A DNA stretch of 63,369 nt, counting the filler, from Nemertoderma westbladi (taxonomy: Eukaryota; Animalia; Xenacoelomorpha): the NCBI GenBank assembly GCA_032718475.1. It is 3 parts of 3 records of this genome, joined end to end, with 100 filler letters (N's around TTAATTAATTAA, not from the genome) between each part and the next. Parts side by side here need not be neighbours in the genome. Positions count along the whole stretch, not along the records: positions 1 to 28,230 come from JAUCBJ010003723.1; 2 more parts are not named here. The stretch is one strand, 5' to 3'. Under the pieces are notes generated by a model that was not told the DNA's origin, ran no database searches, and saw only the letters and a program-made list of their open reading frames with translations. A program made the translations under genes and the position numbers. This document shows, piece after piece, positions 1 through 11,643 of the stretch. Position 1 is the first letter of the stretch. Each line of letters begins with the position of its first letter.

Positions 1-293
1 GAAGCAGTTCCGCGACAATAATAATATTGCACCTCAAAAGAGGGCCCTTACTGCATCAGGGACGCGTTTTTCGACAGAACCCCGTCAGCTGAAACAGCCA
101 GTGCCGCTAGTCGGTGGGGTTGACTTGTTGACGAGAGGCTATTATGAGGCGCAATGGGATACGCATTGCGTATCTCGTTCTGTCAACCAATACTGGCCCG
201 ACGTTTTTTTTACAGCAATAAATCCTAAAGGTGTTTTAATTAAATATGTTCATTATAGTTAATATTCTGCGATCATCAAGTTCGATTTATCAG

Positions 294-523
294 TTATTTC
301 TTCACAATATAAAATGAGTTCTTTCTTGTCACTAATCCCCAAAATAGTCCCATATTATCCAGTAACATATTAAATGGTATGACACATATAGACCCAGCCA
401 CCACAAAAAGTGCTCTGATGGTTCCTTTCCTGTTGTTTAGTGAGACTGATTTGAAGGCGCCGAATATAAACGAATACATACAGTATATACGGATAAATTG
501 AAATAAAGATATAGATGTCACTG
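294..523 (-). CDS. egh: C-terminal coding segment of a beta-1,4-mannosyltransferase (egghead/bre-3-like); upstream part not found
   Basis: Translation MYSFIFGAFKSVSL...SICVIPFNMLLDNMGLFWGLVTRKNSFYIVKK* resembles the egghead C-terminus as I recall it (YxFGxFKS...IPxNxxxENxxxxWGL...FYxVxK). CAGCAG at 526-521 is a possible acceptor but has no pyrimidine tract; a hairpin repeat lies immediately upstream. Confidence 0.65.
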
Positions 524-529
524 CTGTAT

Positions 530-608
530 ATTCCCTTGGGCAGGAACACCATCGGGCTTCGCCCTCGGGTTGTTTCCTGCCCGCGGGTTAAATAACTGGG
601 AAAATAAC
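530..608. repeat. Crypton-like terminal hairpin
   Basis: GGGCAGGAACACC.TCGGGC-TTC-GCCCTCGGGTTGTTTCCTGCCC forms an imperfect hairpin, similar in layout to the hairpin at 62089-62205. Confidence 0.4.
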
Positions 609-630
609 TAACTTTTGGGGAATAAGCACA

Positions 631-880
631 GTTGTTATTTAGCACTTTACAACTTTAGAGGAGATTACAGCATTGTATTGGCCTGTACATTTAGTATTGT
701 ATTTGGTGTTATTGTTTACGTGGTAACCCATGATAGCGTTAAGTAATGTCCACTAAGGGGACATTACTTCACGCCGTCATTGGATACCATGTAAACAATA
801 GGTGGAAATTTGCCTGACAGCCAGATAGACCTACTGCATTACCTACCGGTAGGCGGGGTATAGCTATTAATAACCAGTAG
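631..880 (+). repeat. Dispersed repeat; second copy at about 16342-17070, interrupted by an insertion of about 485 bp
   Basis: GTTGTTATTTAGCACTTTACAACTTTAGAGG...TACCTACCGG recurs at about 16342-16547 and resumes (GGTAGGCG..GTATAGCTATTAATAA) at about 17033. Confidence 0.75.
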
Positions 881-2068
881 GGCCTAGCTATATTATTATA
901 TATAGCAAGTCGTTAGACTTGATTTCTGAAAGAAAAAAAAGCTACTAGACTACTGACTACTGGCTACTGGCTACTGACTACTGGCTACTGTATGAACTAC
1001 TGGCTACTGACCTAGAGCAAAAACGACTCTAACGATTTTGATGAAATTTTGCATTGACCATGAAAATGGTTTTCTAAGGGTACTTGTGAAATCGCGGTTT
1101 AAATTGAAACATCTCAACTTGTTTTATTTCGAAAAATAGCCCCAAAACACGAAAATTGCCATAGGCGCAATGATAAGAACACCAGCTGGCACTCATGAAA
1201 AATGCATAGAGATGGCCTGGTAATGCATTCAATAGGAAGGGCAACTAACAAATAAGTACTTTCTCTGCCAAGTTGTATTATCACTCTACTCTACTACAAC
1301 CCAGACAGTAATCAAACAAAACATTAACTGGTTTAGCTGGCTATTACAGTCTCAGCTGAATAACTCTTCCCAATGCATCCTTGCTATGTTAATTAATTGG
1401 CGTGCAAGCTAAATAACTGTTAGTTATACAGTATGTTGTACTATGCTCTTATTGCATTATTGTTTTATTTTGAACTTTGTGCCAACATAAATACTGTGGA
1501 GGCTGTATGCTTATAAGGCGGAATGTTTTCTTAGCCTCATAATGATTCTCCATAAGGCTAACATTATAGTTTGAAATGTAAAAACCTGTTATAATAATAA
1601 TATAATTGTTGTATTTAATTAATATCGTGGTTTACATTGAACAGTGTAAATTGTTAATCGCGGTTTACATTGAAACATCTCAACAACTACTGTTATTATT
1701 ATTAATCAATTGAAACATCGACTCCTCTCTGACTACTCTATCCGATAGAATAAAATAATCATTTCGCTAACTGCTCTCTATCTTCTATAATCACAACAGC
1801 TTTTATAATTCATTAGAGATGATTACAACATAATAATTATAGTTTGAAGTTGTCTAGAAAATTTTTCGTACACCACCGGGACTACGCTCACACTAATTTA
1901 TTATCAAACAGAATAAAAAGATTTTACTTGACTCGTACTGTCTCCTACGACTTGCTTCACGGGCCGCTAGGCCGACAGCAACTAATATAATTTGTGCAGT
2001 TTCTATCATTTATAATGTATATGTACAATCATTTCGTAATGTTAAAATTTTGGAATAAAACTACATAC

Positions 2069-2205
2069 TTACTTGTTGCAAAGTACTTTACAGTGTTCTG
2101 ATCCTCGTGGCTTTATTTTTCACTCACTCACTAACGTTCGTTCGTGTAACAAAGCCACTCAGATCATCACACTGTAAAGTGCTACTTTACAAACAAGATG
2201 TAAAT
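2069..2205. repeat. Palindromic non-autonomous element end (Crypton-like)
   Basis: Imperfect arms CTTGTTGCAAAGTACTTTACAGTG..TGATC..GTGGCTTT / AAAGCCAC..GATCA..CACTGTAAAGT..ACTTTACAAACAAG around a CTCACTAACGTTCG centre. Confidence 0.5.
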
Positions 2206-2482
2206 AGTTATTACTTAACGTGCTTGATAAATAAATAAATATAATTCGTAATTATTGGTTACTCAAGCTTCTAATTCAAATACCGTACTGTCATTACTAC
2301 TGTAATTATTAAATTTTATACTGTAGTTCTCAATTTGTATAATTATTTTATAAATATTATAAGGGCTTATTTTCGACATAACCATTTTTATCCAAATTTT
2401 GATAACATTAGGTGGCATTTTACATATCATCCTATCAGTGAGTCAGTAATTGAGATAGCAAATAATCTACGAGATATTATAA

Positions 2483-3059
2483 ACAACACTACCGGTACTT
2501 ACAGTTGCACAATGCAACACTACAGGTACTTACAGTTGCACAATGTAACACTACCGGTACTTACAGTTGCACAATGCAAACTACAGGTACTTACAGTTGC
2601 ACAATGTAACACTACCGGTACTTACAGTTGCACAATGTAACACTACCGGTACTTACAGTTGCACAATGCAACACTACAGGTACTTACAGTTGCACAATGC
2701 AACACTACAGGTACTTACAGTTGCACAATGTAACACTACCGGTACTTACAGTTGCACAATGCAAACTACAGGTACTTACAGTTGCACAATGTAACACTAC
2801 CGGTACTTACAGTTGCACAATGTAACACTACCGGTACTTACAGGTGCACAATGCAACACTACAGGTACTTACAGTTGCACAATGTAACACTACCGGTACT
2901 TACAGTTGCACAATGCAAACTACAGGTACTTACAGTTGCACAATGTAACACTACCGGTACTTACAGTTGTACAATGTAACACTACCGGTACTTACAGTTG
3001 CACAATGCAACACTACAGGTACTTACAGTTGCACAATGCAACACTACAGGTACTTACTG
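2483..3059. repeat. 31-bp minisatellite, about 18-19 copies
   Basis: Unit ACACTAC(C/A)GGTACTTACAGTTGCACAATG(T/C)A, with occasional 30-bp variants; it generates the repetitive ORFs at 2335-3164. Confidence 0.95.
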
Positions 3060-3380
3060 TACGCGGATTCAATTCCACTTCATTACCCACCAGAAAATGG
3101 GACTAGTGGCATTTTAGCAATATGTTGGGGATACGAGATTACCAATATTAATCTCGTATCATAACCAACATCGGGGGGGGGGGGGGGGGACACAAGCCCC
3201 AAAGCCACAGAGAAAGTGAGAGGTCAAACCACCTCGGAGGGAAGACAGCTAGTAGAGGCTAGCAGCGGGGGGGAAACACCCCCAGGGAGTGCCAAAGTGA
3301 CAAGTAGTAAATTAGCCAATAGTGGGGAGGGAAGCACGTGATAGGGAACACGAAAGCATCCATTGGGTAGAGGGCCATAG
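3058..3380 (+). mobile_element. Partial LTR related to the solo LTR at 42461-43104
   Basis: Starts TGTACGCGGATTCAATTC and shares GAAAATGGGA.TAGTGGCATTTTA, GAGAGGTCAAACCACCTC and AGCCAATAGTGGG with the reverse complement of about 42830-43104. Confidence 0.65.
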
Positions 3381-3991
3381 TAGAGTAGGAGGTAAAACCA
3401 ATATTCAATGTGTGATTAATCATGTATTATCTTATGGCATACATATGGTATTTTTATTCTTGATTACTTATGTCGGGCTTGAATTTATTTACATCGGTCT
3501 TGAACTTATTTATGTCCCTCTTGATTTATTAATATCGATTTTGAATATATTTATGCCGCACTTGATTTAATTATCTCGCTCTTGAATTATTATTGTCGCA
3601 CTTGATTTAGTTATGGCGCTCTTGAATTATTTATATCGGTCTTGATTCCCATTTACTTGGTCTTGATTCATTGGTCGAAGGAATTTCTACCATTATAATC
3701 AACCAATCAGAATCAGCTACACAGTAGTGCAGTGAGTGTACACTACACTATGCAGTGCATGGTACCGGTAACGATTTGAATTAATCACCGGAGTACAAAG
3801 GACTATGCTAACCAGTACTGCTAGCCCATTGTCAGTGAATTCTTCATTGTTTTGTATTTGGGTTAGGCCTACTGGGTTTATTGGATTTGTTATTAGGGTA
3901 ATTTAGTATTAGGTACCATTGTTGCGCTGTTTGTGACTTGTGTTTATAATAACCCTACCAGACCTATAGTTTATTTAGTTTCTTTAGTTTT

Positions 3992-4355
3992 TAGATTTTA
4001 GTGCTACATACCCCAACCCAACTACCACAAGAAAAATTGCACCAAACCATACAGTAACTACAGGTTCCGGTAAGTATTGCACGAAATTTGTTAGGGTAGG
4101 GGTGGGATTCGTGGCACACTGCTGATGAGGAGAACCACGAATCCCAGGGTTCAGTGTTTAAATCTCCGAAACCCTTTTATTTTTATAAAATTTGTTACTT
4201 AGACTTACCTTTTCGGCGGACAAAATGTCCTATATTTTTTGTAATTTATGGGATAGCCTATGTCGTGCAATACTTACCGGAACCTGTAGTTACTGTATGG
4301 TTTGGTGTAATTTTTCTTGTGGAAGTTGGGTTGGGTTATGTAGCACTAAAATCTA
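3992..4355. mobile_element. Inverted-repeat element (93-bp arms) enclosing a hammerhead ribozyme
   Basis: 3992-4084 is the near-perfect reverse complement of 4263-4355. Confidence 0.8.
4103..4175 (+). ncRNA. Hammerhead ribozyme candidate with non-circularly permuted strand order
   Basis: CUGAUGA 4122-4128; GAAA 4168-4171; stem I 4116-4121/4152-4157; stem II 4129-4133/4163-4167; stem III 4146-4150/4171-4175; GUU cleavage triplet 4149-4151; extra helix 4103-4114/4135-4146. Confidence 0.7.
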
Positions 4356-5138
4356 TTTGGTATTTTGTTTTTTGATGGGCCTTAGTGCCTGAGTACTAAC
4401 AATGGCCCAAGTGGCCCCAAATGCTAGGTAGTATCTGAGGGAATAAGACCCCATGTCCTATTTTATTGTTTTCATATTAATATTATTAAAATTGTGGATT
4501 GTTTTACTTTTTGGTGGATTTTTGTCATTATATAGGATTATATATCTTCTCTCAGTGCACCAAATTTGTTTTCTTAGGAATGCTTACCATTACGTCCATC
4601 TGCAAATTTAATCGATTGATATCCTATTACAGTGCACAGGTGCAGATTACAGGGGCACCCTCCCTCCTGGTCTTCGCCTTATCGCCTTAGAAAAAATCCT
4701 CAAGGTGAAGCACTGTCGGCACCTGATAATATTATTCTATGATAAATACAGCATTACATCCCCTGTGTCTATTGGGCATAATTAATTAATGAAATAATGT
4801 AGGACACTCACTGTCCTTCTAATAAATATTATATTTATTAAACAAAAATACGCTATAGGCAATAAGCCATCGTAATATTTTACGAAGGCCTGCTATACTG
4901 TAGGCTAAGTCACTACAGTACTTTTATAATAAGAATTTACTACTGTAGCTATCATAATAAATTCAGTATGCTCTCCCATTAGACAGGCTTGGCCTGGGAG
5001 GTAGCCATATTATATTGCACACATATACATACATACACTGGTATACCTCTATGTGAGCTTGCTTGCTATTTTGAGATCCTTCCCCCTTTTCTTACCCCCT
5101 CATCCGTGCCACCACTGGTTCAGCCAAACAACCCAGGC

Positions 5139-5335
5139 AGCTCCGTAGCCCATCATTGTTACAATTCTACTGTAGGCTATCATTACGGCTCTCCTAATTT
5201 GTTTCAAATTTGTTTCACTGGCATACTTAACATTGTTCCAATTTTTTGAGCTCCATAGCCCATCATTGTTCCAATTCTACTGTAGACTATCATTACGGCT
5301 CTCCTAATTTGTTTCAAATTTGTTTCACTGGCATT
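5139..5335 (+). repeat. Direct tandem duplication of about 85 bp
   Basis: AGCTCC.TAGCCCATCATTGTT.CAATTCTACTGTAG...TTTCACTGGCAT occurs at about 5139 and about 5249. Confidence 0.8.
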
Positions 5336-5770
5336 CATAGCATTGCAGGTAGGACACCATTACGTGGCTCCTAATATGTTTCAATTATGTTCCAATTTTG
5401 TTTCAACTAACAGAGACATACTAGTGGCAGTACGCGCGCTCCATAGTATGGCCAAACTATTCAATTTTCAAGTTCTATAAATCTTTTTAGCCAAACGCTT
5501 TATGATTTAAAAAAAAATCGGCAATTCCTTCCCCTGCTATGTCAGAAATATTACATCAAGTCGGTTTATGTCTAAGCTTCAAAGTTCAAAAAAATTAGAA
5601 TATTTGGAAACCATTTGACACTACAGTAGGTGAATTTGATCAATTTTGGAATTTAAATTCCGTCCGTGACACAAGAAAATCACCAAGATTTTTTTAATTC
5701 ATAGTGCTTTTCTGTCTCTGAACTGCTTATAAGTTCTAATTTTTGGCATTTCGCCATATTATCCCTTAAG

Positions 5771-6330
5771 TCACGCCACAATCGTTCTATCAGAACTTCC
5801 TTTTATAAAAGGGTCATTAGATCGTTCATCGTTACATAAAGACCTTAGCTCCTTATGAAACTTAATCATAGTTGAGTTTTCGGTACCACAATCAGAACGC
5901 AATAGACAAGGTAGACTGCGTAAATCCTGAACATATTCAAAATACGAATTTACCACAATGTCTGGATTATTATTACTCGGTAGAACTTTCAGCCAAATTA
6001 TTTTTCGAGAAAAACCATCTACATAGCCCCATGGATGGGAAACCCATAAGGCTTCAGTTTGTCATAACCATCCACATGTAAGTAATGATTCGGACCGTTT
6101 GAGTAATAAAGAATCCGTCATCTAAGTGATTTTATGAGTCTGTAGTCGACTCCTTCGGGGTATAAGCACTTAAAGTACAACACGCATGGTTTCTTTGGGA
6201 ATGTTAATACAATGGCGGCTCCACAATCTTTGTCGCATTGCTCTATATCCACAATGGGAACCCCCAAACTCGAAGAGTTCTTTCGCTGTATTTTCAATGA
6301 TTCTTTGTAGTGATGTTTCATAATCTCGGC
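5771..6330 (-). pseudogene. Frameshifted integrase-core (DDE) transposase fragment, IS3EU-like
   Basis: Across frames: YPEGV..R, GPNHYLHVDGYDKLKPYGFPIHG, DGFSRKIIWLKV, LRSDCGTEN, FIKGSS. Confidence 0.7.
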
Positions 6331-9300
6331 TGCGCAGCCCCAATTTAGATTTGAATCGCTCTATACTGTAGTACGGGTTGAGATAGTAAGACTATGATTG
6401 GTGTTTAAAATTAGTTTAGTTTCTTTAGCCGTGTACTGCAGGTAATGATAAATTAATATTACATTTTCAGTATTTAAAATTACATTGGATAGGCTTAAGC
6501 AAGGACTATAGTCTGACTGACTCATAGCAAACACGGGAATTCTGTAATAACAGACGGGTATTTACGATACCTGTAGTAAAATACACAACACTAATCTGGT
6601 AATAAGATGATAACCTACAATAGGCCTCCACTCATAAACTCCCATACAGTACCGGTATAAACATATATTTACATACAGTACTACTGTATTTCAGTATAAT
6701 ACTGTACTTTACTTCAGTATTTGCTACAGTTAGGCTAAATTGCTGTATTGCAGTATTGTCTGATTGCTGGATTGTACACAGGGTTGGCCTACGCCCTACA
6801 TCTGGGTAAATCTTTTCGACCTACGTGTAGGCCTACGCGTAGCTACGCGTAGGCCTACGCGTAGCTACGCGTAGTTCGCAACATTGGGTCATATATCACC
6901 AGTTTCAGAGTTTTAACAATAACTACGCGTAGGTGCTACGCGTAGCTACGCGTAGGTGCTACGCGTAGCTACGCGTAGGTCCTACGCGACCTACGCATAG
7001 GTGCTACCCATAACTATGCCTATACGTATTAGTAGGCCTACGTATTCCAAGCGAGTCAGTACTAAAATAAGACATAATACGGTATGTTCAATAAACAACC
7101 CACAACCATCAAATGCTTTCAACAGTAATGTATCCTATACCTGTATACTCTATATAGAGGAATACGCGAAAACTACATATTCTTCACTTCATGCGTTGCG
7201 GGCGGTAAAATGTGTTAATAATTAATGTTTAGAGTTCAAAAATAGTTTACAAAGGAAATAGGCCGATGGTTCTTATCGATTCTCTATGCTTTTTATTGCC
7301 TTTGTTCACGATAGGGCAAGGACTGTATTTAATATGTTAACCCCTTGACAAGGGAAGGGGGAGACTAAATTGTCTACCATGATTGGTTGCACTTGTCATT
7401 TGACCAAACAATTTGATTACCCAGCAAAGTCACATCCTTCGAAATTGCTACTAATATGCTGCTAATTTGATCGAAATAAATTTTCTTCGAAATTATCAGC
7501 ATTTTCGCCGTCTAAATTGTCTGATAATTCAGTCTACAATTCGTAGGATAAATTATCCTTCTAAACGAAGGATAAATTCGAAGACTATTCGAAGATTCTG
7601 AAGATTTAGCTAGTTTTTAGCCGGCAAATAGAAGGATAAATATGCCTACTATTCGCCGGATAAATTATCCTTCTAAACGAAGGATAAATTTGTAGACTTT
7701 TCGAAGGGTGGATGAATTGATAATTTTTATCCTTCGTTTAGAAGGATAATTTATGCTGCTATTCGCCGGATAAATTATCCTTCTAAATGAAGGCTAAATT
7801 TGTAGACTTTTCGAAGGGTGGATGAACAGATTAATTTATAGTTTTTATCCTGCGTTTAGAATGATAATTTATGCTACTATTCGAAGGATAAATTACCTTA
7901 TATTCGAAGGATAAATTACCTTCTAAACGAAGGATAAATTTGTAGACTTTTCAAAGGTTGGATCATTTAGCTTAGTTTTGTTTAGTTATGCATAGTTACA
8001 GTATGTTATGTTTTATCCGGCAAATACTGAGAGTAAAATAATAATTATATACTGTAGTTATGCCTACTAATAATCCGAATATTTTTTTATCTGGGGACCA
8101 TATTTAGCAGTAAATTAGTACAAAGTTATCAGTTCTTTAGAATTGTCGATTATATAATAATATATCATCTGAAGCAAAGAAAATTGATCTATATTATGTC
8201 CAGTGCCATTTATATTGTTTTATGAAATAAATCCATTAATTACTGTGTGATGCTGTGTCTGTCCTTAAAGGTGCGGTAATCCATGTATCCAGAGTCTGCA
8301 GGTCTGAGTGTATGGCAGAGCTAGAGGTAAAGGCGATGTCCAGTCCATACTGCCCTACAGTATGTCACTGTCAGAATGTCAGACACCTGTAAAAACGAGA
8401 CTACAGTATCTGACTACAGTATGTCTTTCAGGCAGTCAGGGAAATCCTGGGGACAAACAAAGCACATATTTTTTCAGTATTAATACCTAATACGTGTACT
8501 ATATCCGAAACTGAAAGTTTTAAAAAATGTACCTTTTATACTACAGTATAACGATACAGAAACTATTTACTCTACTGCTCTATACTGTATAAAATTTATT
8601 CTTAATTAATAATTATTTTTAATCTTTTTTTTAATATACAAATTTTAATACAGTATTTAACATTTTAATATTCAGATATTTTCTTGCTATCATGCACCCC
8701 GGTCAGCCTGTACAATCAGCGCGTCGCATATCAGCACATGTACACATGTAACTAACAGTACAACATATCGTAGGGCAGTTGGAAGTTCCGTACCTGCGGA
8801 CCCGTACTGTATTTTTTCGTTGGAATACATATACTGCAGCACTGTCAGATCTCAGACTTAACACTGGACCCACGACCTCCAAGATATGTGAATTCAATGC
8901 AACCACTACACCAAGGTCTCTTTGATTAAGAAAATGAATTAAATAATTATTGAATGCTTTTAAATTTAATGTTGTAATTTAGTGTCGTAATTCAAAAACA
9001 TGATACCACCCCACCCCACCTTCCCTAACTTTTATACAAATTTTATTGAATAGCATGATATGAAACAGAGTTACAGTAGTTTCACCTCCCTCATTCGTAG
9101 TAACTGAGACAGAATTTGTATTTTTGCTTTTTATTCTTTAGCAACAAGCGTTTGAAAAAAGTGTCACCGGCGGCGATATCATCACCAGTCCCATCTCAGT
9201 TATTCAACCTTATATTAATTTGTTGGTTCTGATGGAAAGCTGACCATGCAACGATTCCAAATATGAAAAAATGGAAATTTAGAAAATACAGTTGCTGAGA

Positions 9301-9711
9301 TATGGGCTTTCGAATGTTGAATGTTTTTTCACGGCGCAAGGCTATTTTTATATTTATTAAATAAACCATGTTCTAGAACATGATGTAAAAACGTAACTAG
9401 GGGGTGTTCGATAAAGTATGTCACGCACTAGGGGGGGGGGGGGGGGGGGGGGGTCGAGCTTGCGTGAAATTTTGTGACAGGGGGGGGGGGGGGGGGGGGG
9501 GGGGTGTCGACTTTTGTGACGGTTACGGCGATGTTCTAGGCTTTAATGTTAGCTTGACTTTGACTTAAAACATATTATGTGTAGATGAGTGGGTAACTTT
9601 AAGGACAACAATACACTCAATAATATTGAGTATAATCGATAAATTGAGGAGGACATAGAAACCTATAGATGGCCACTTGCCTTGTCAGTGGGGAAGGGAA
9701 ATGTAGATATA

Positions 9712-11643
9712 CAGTCGGGGTCTCAAAGTGCATCTGTTCTTTGAGATTTTCTCAAAGTTTTTCTAAAAGTGTCTAAAATCATTACATTACTCCCAACGGC
9801 CGCTTTGAATTCTTGTAGACACTTTTAGTTGGGAATCTCAAAGTGATTTTCTGTTTTTAGGCACTTTTAATTCTTTGAATTCTTTGAGACATGTCGCTTT
9901 GAGTTAGTTTGCAGCACTTTGAATTCTTTGAGAAAATAAACTCCGAGGTATTCCTGATTGACATGTCGTGGTAAGTTAACAGATGCAGAGCCATTCTCGG
10001 GGAACAATATCATGCTGGCAACAAAGTGATACTTGTGGGCCTGCCAGTTGTTGCCTAGAAGCTATTCCCATTAATTTATCATATTGAGGTTCCTGAGGTC
10101 ATTACGGGATGGGTTTTAGGTCGCAAGTACAAATTGAATTTACGGCGCCCTAAAGTCTTTCTAAAAAACATTCTTAAAAATCAAATAATGCATGAAACAT
10201 AATTAGTGTAACAAGATTAATGCTTGACAAGATTGATTATTTTAATAACATAATACAATATCAGATTAACAATTAATATAAGAAAAACTGCACTGTAGTT
10301 TCTCTGTGTATACGCAGTTTCATTATGATGACCTAAAGAAGCTCTGTTGGGAGAGAGCTTGTAATAACTTTTGGCATTCATTTCATTAGTCACCTGAGTG
10401 AGGTCAAACCGTACTACCTTAACTGTTCAATTAATATGATAATTATGGTGACGAGAGCGCGAGAATTCCTTCTTAAAAACTAAGAAAGGCTTTCGACTTT
10501 CAATTAAGATAGAACGGCTACAATCTTGTGTTGTTTTAGCCTAATAGAGATATTAAAATATCCCCTGCCCCTGGCGTTTATATTTGAGCACATTTTAAAT
10601 ATTTGCCTGATATTCAATTGATGTGTACCGCCTTCTGGCAAAGCGGCACCCAGTTTAAGCTATCAATCACAGCTAGCAAGTAGCGACCTACGGACGGTGA
10701 CCTTCAAACAAACAGGTGCAGAGCCGGAAAGAACTGTCACAGGCTTTGCTTGGCTTGTGGTACCATTTGATTACATAATAGATTTTGGCAGACTGGGTGG
10801 TCGCTCTGACCATATGCATTGCGCACCAACAATGCCTAAAACATCTATGGGAACAGCCAATTAGTGCGCTTGAATCATTTATCTTTATTCCTGCCTCTGT
10901 CGTTATTCTTTACTTTGTATAACACAATTTACAGTGCGGCAAAGAATGGCTGGTTGACCATTGAAATACATTAGTAAAGGTATTAGGCGTTCACGTGGGC
11001 TAAACAAATTTAAACAGTACAGTTTTAGCACATACATTAATATAGATAGGGCAACAGACAAACTATCTATGACACAAATATCAACACATTCCGATAGCCC
11101 GCAATTATGGCGTCTCTAAAGAGTCAAAATATAAATTAATAAAATCCTCTATGAAACAATAAAAATACCTACAAAAAATACTGCTGTATTAAATATTAGT
11201 TACTGCCGAAACATATAACAATTACTGCAGTAACAAATATTTATTACTGGAATAATCAATATTAATAATTTAATAAATAATTGAATAAAAATTTATACTG
11301 CAGTAACAAATTATTTGTTACTGCAGAAAAATACAATTTTTTATTACTGCAGTGATAATTAATTCTTACTTTCAGTAACAAATATTTATTACTGCAGTAT
11401 TTTTTGGAGGCATCTTTATTGTTTCATAGAGGTTTTTATTACTTATATTTTACCCTTTAGTCAAAGTCAATATACACCATTCCATAGCCAGCTTCAGGCT
11501 GGACTGTATGAAATGACTGACAGTACTACTTTGAAATCTTTGAGGACACTTTGTCATTTTCTTAGACCACTTTTAGAACTTTGAGACACTTTTAGTTCTT
11601 TGAGAAAATCTCAAAGAACAGATGCACTTTGAGACCCCGACTG
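9712..11643. mobile_element. Tc1/mariner-type non-autonomous element, fourth nesting level
   Basis: Perfect TIR of about 46 bp (CAGTCGGGGTCTCAAAGTGCATCTGTTCTTTGAGATTTTCTCAAAG) with TA TSD. Confidence 0.9.
11116..11460. mobile_element. Fold-back MITE, fifth nesting level
   Basis: Imperfect arms of about 90 bp (CCTCTATGAAACAATAAA / TTTATTGTTTCATAGAGG) with internal TTACTGCAGTAA repeats. Confidence 0.7.

Noticed and set aside
2335-3164. Cluster of overlapping Cys/Thr-rich ORFs
   Set aside because: Translations of the 31-bp minisatellite.
9431-9504. Poly-G/poly-C tracts as functional G-quadruplexes (several across the window)
   Set aside because: Several lie inside MITEs, homopolymer lengths are unreliable, and there is no evidence of function.
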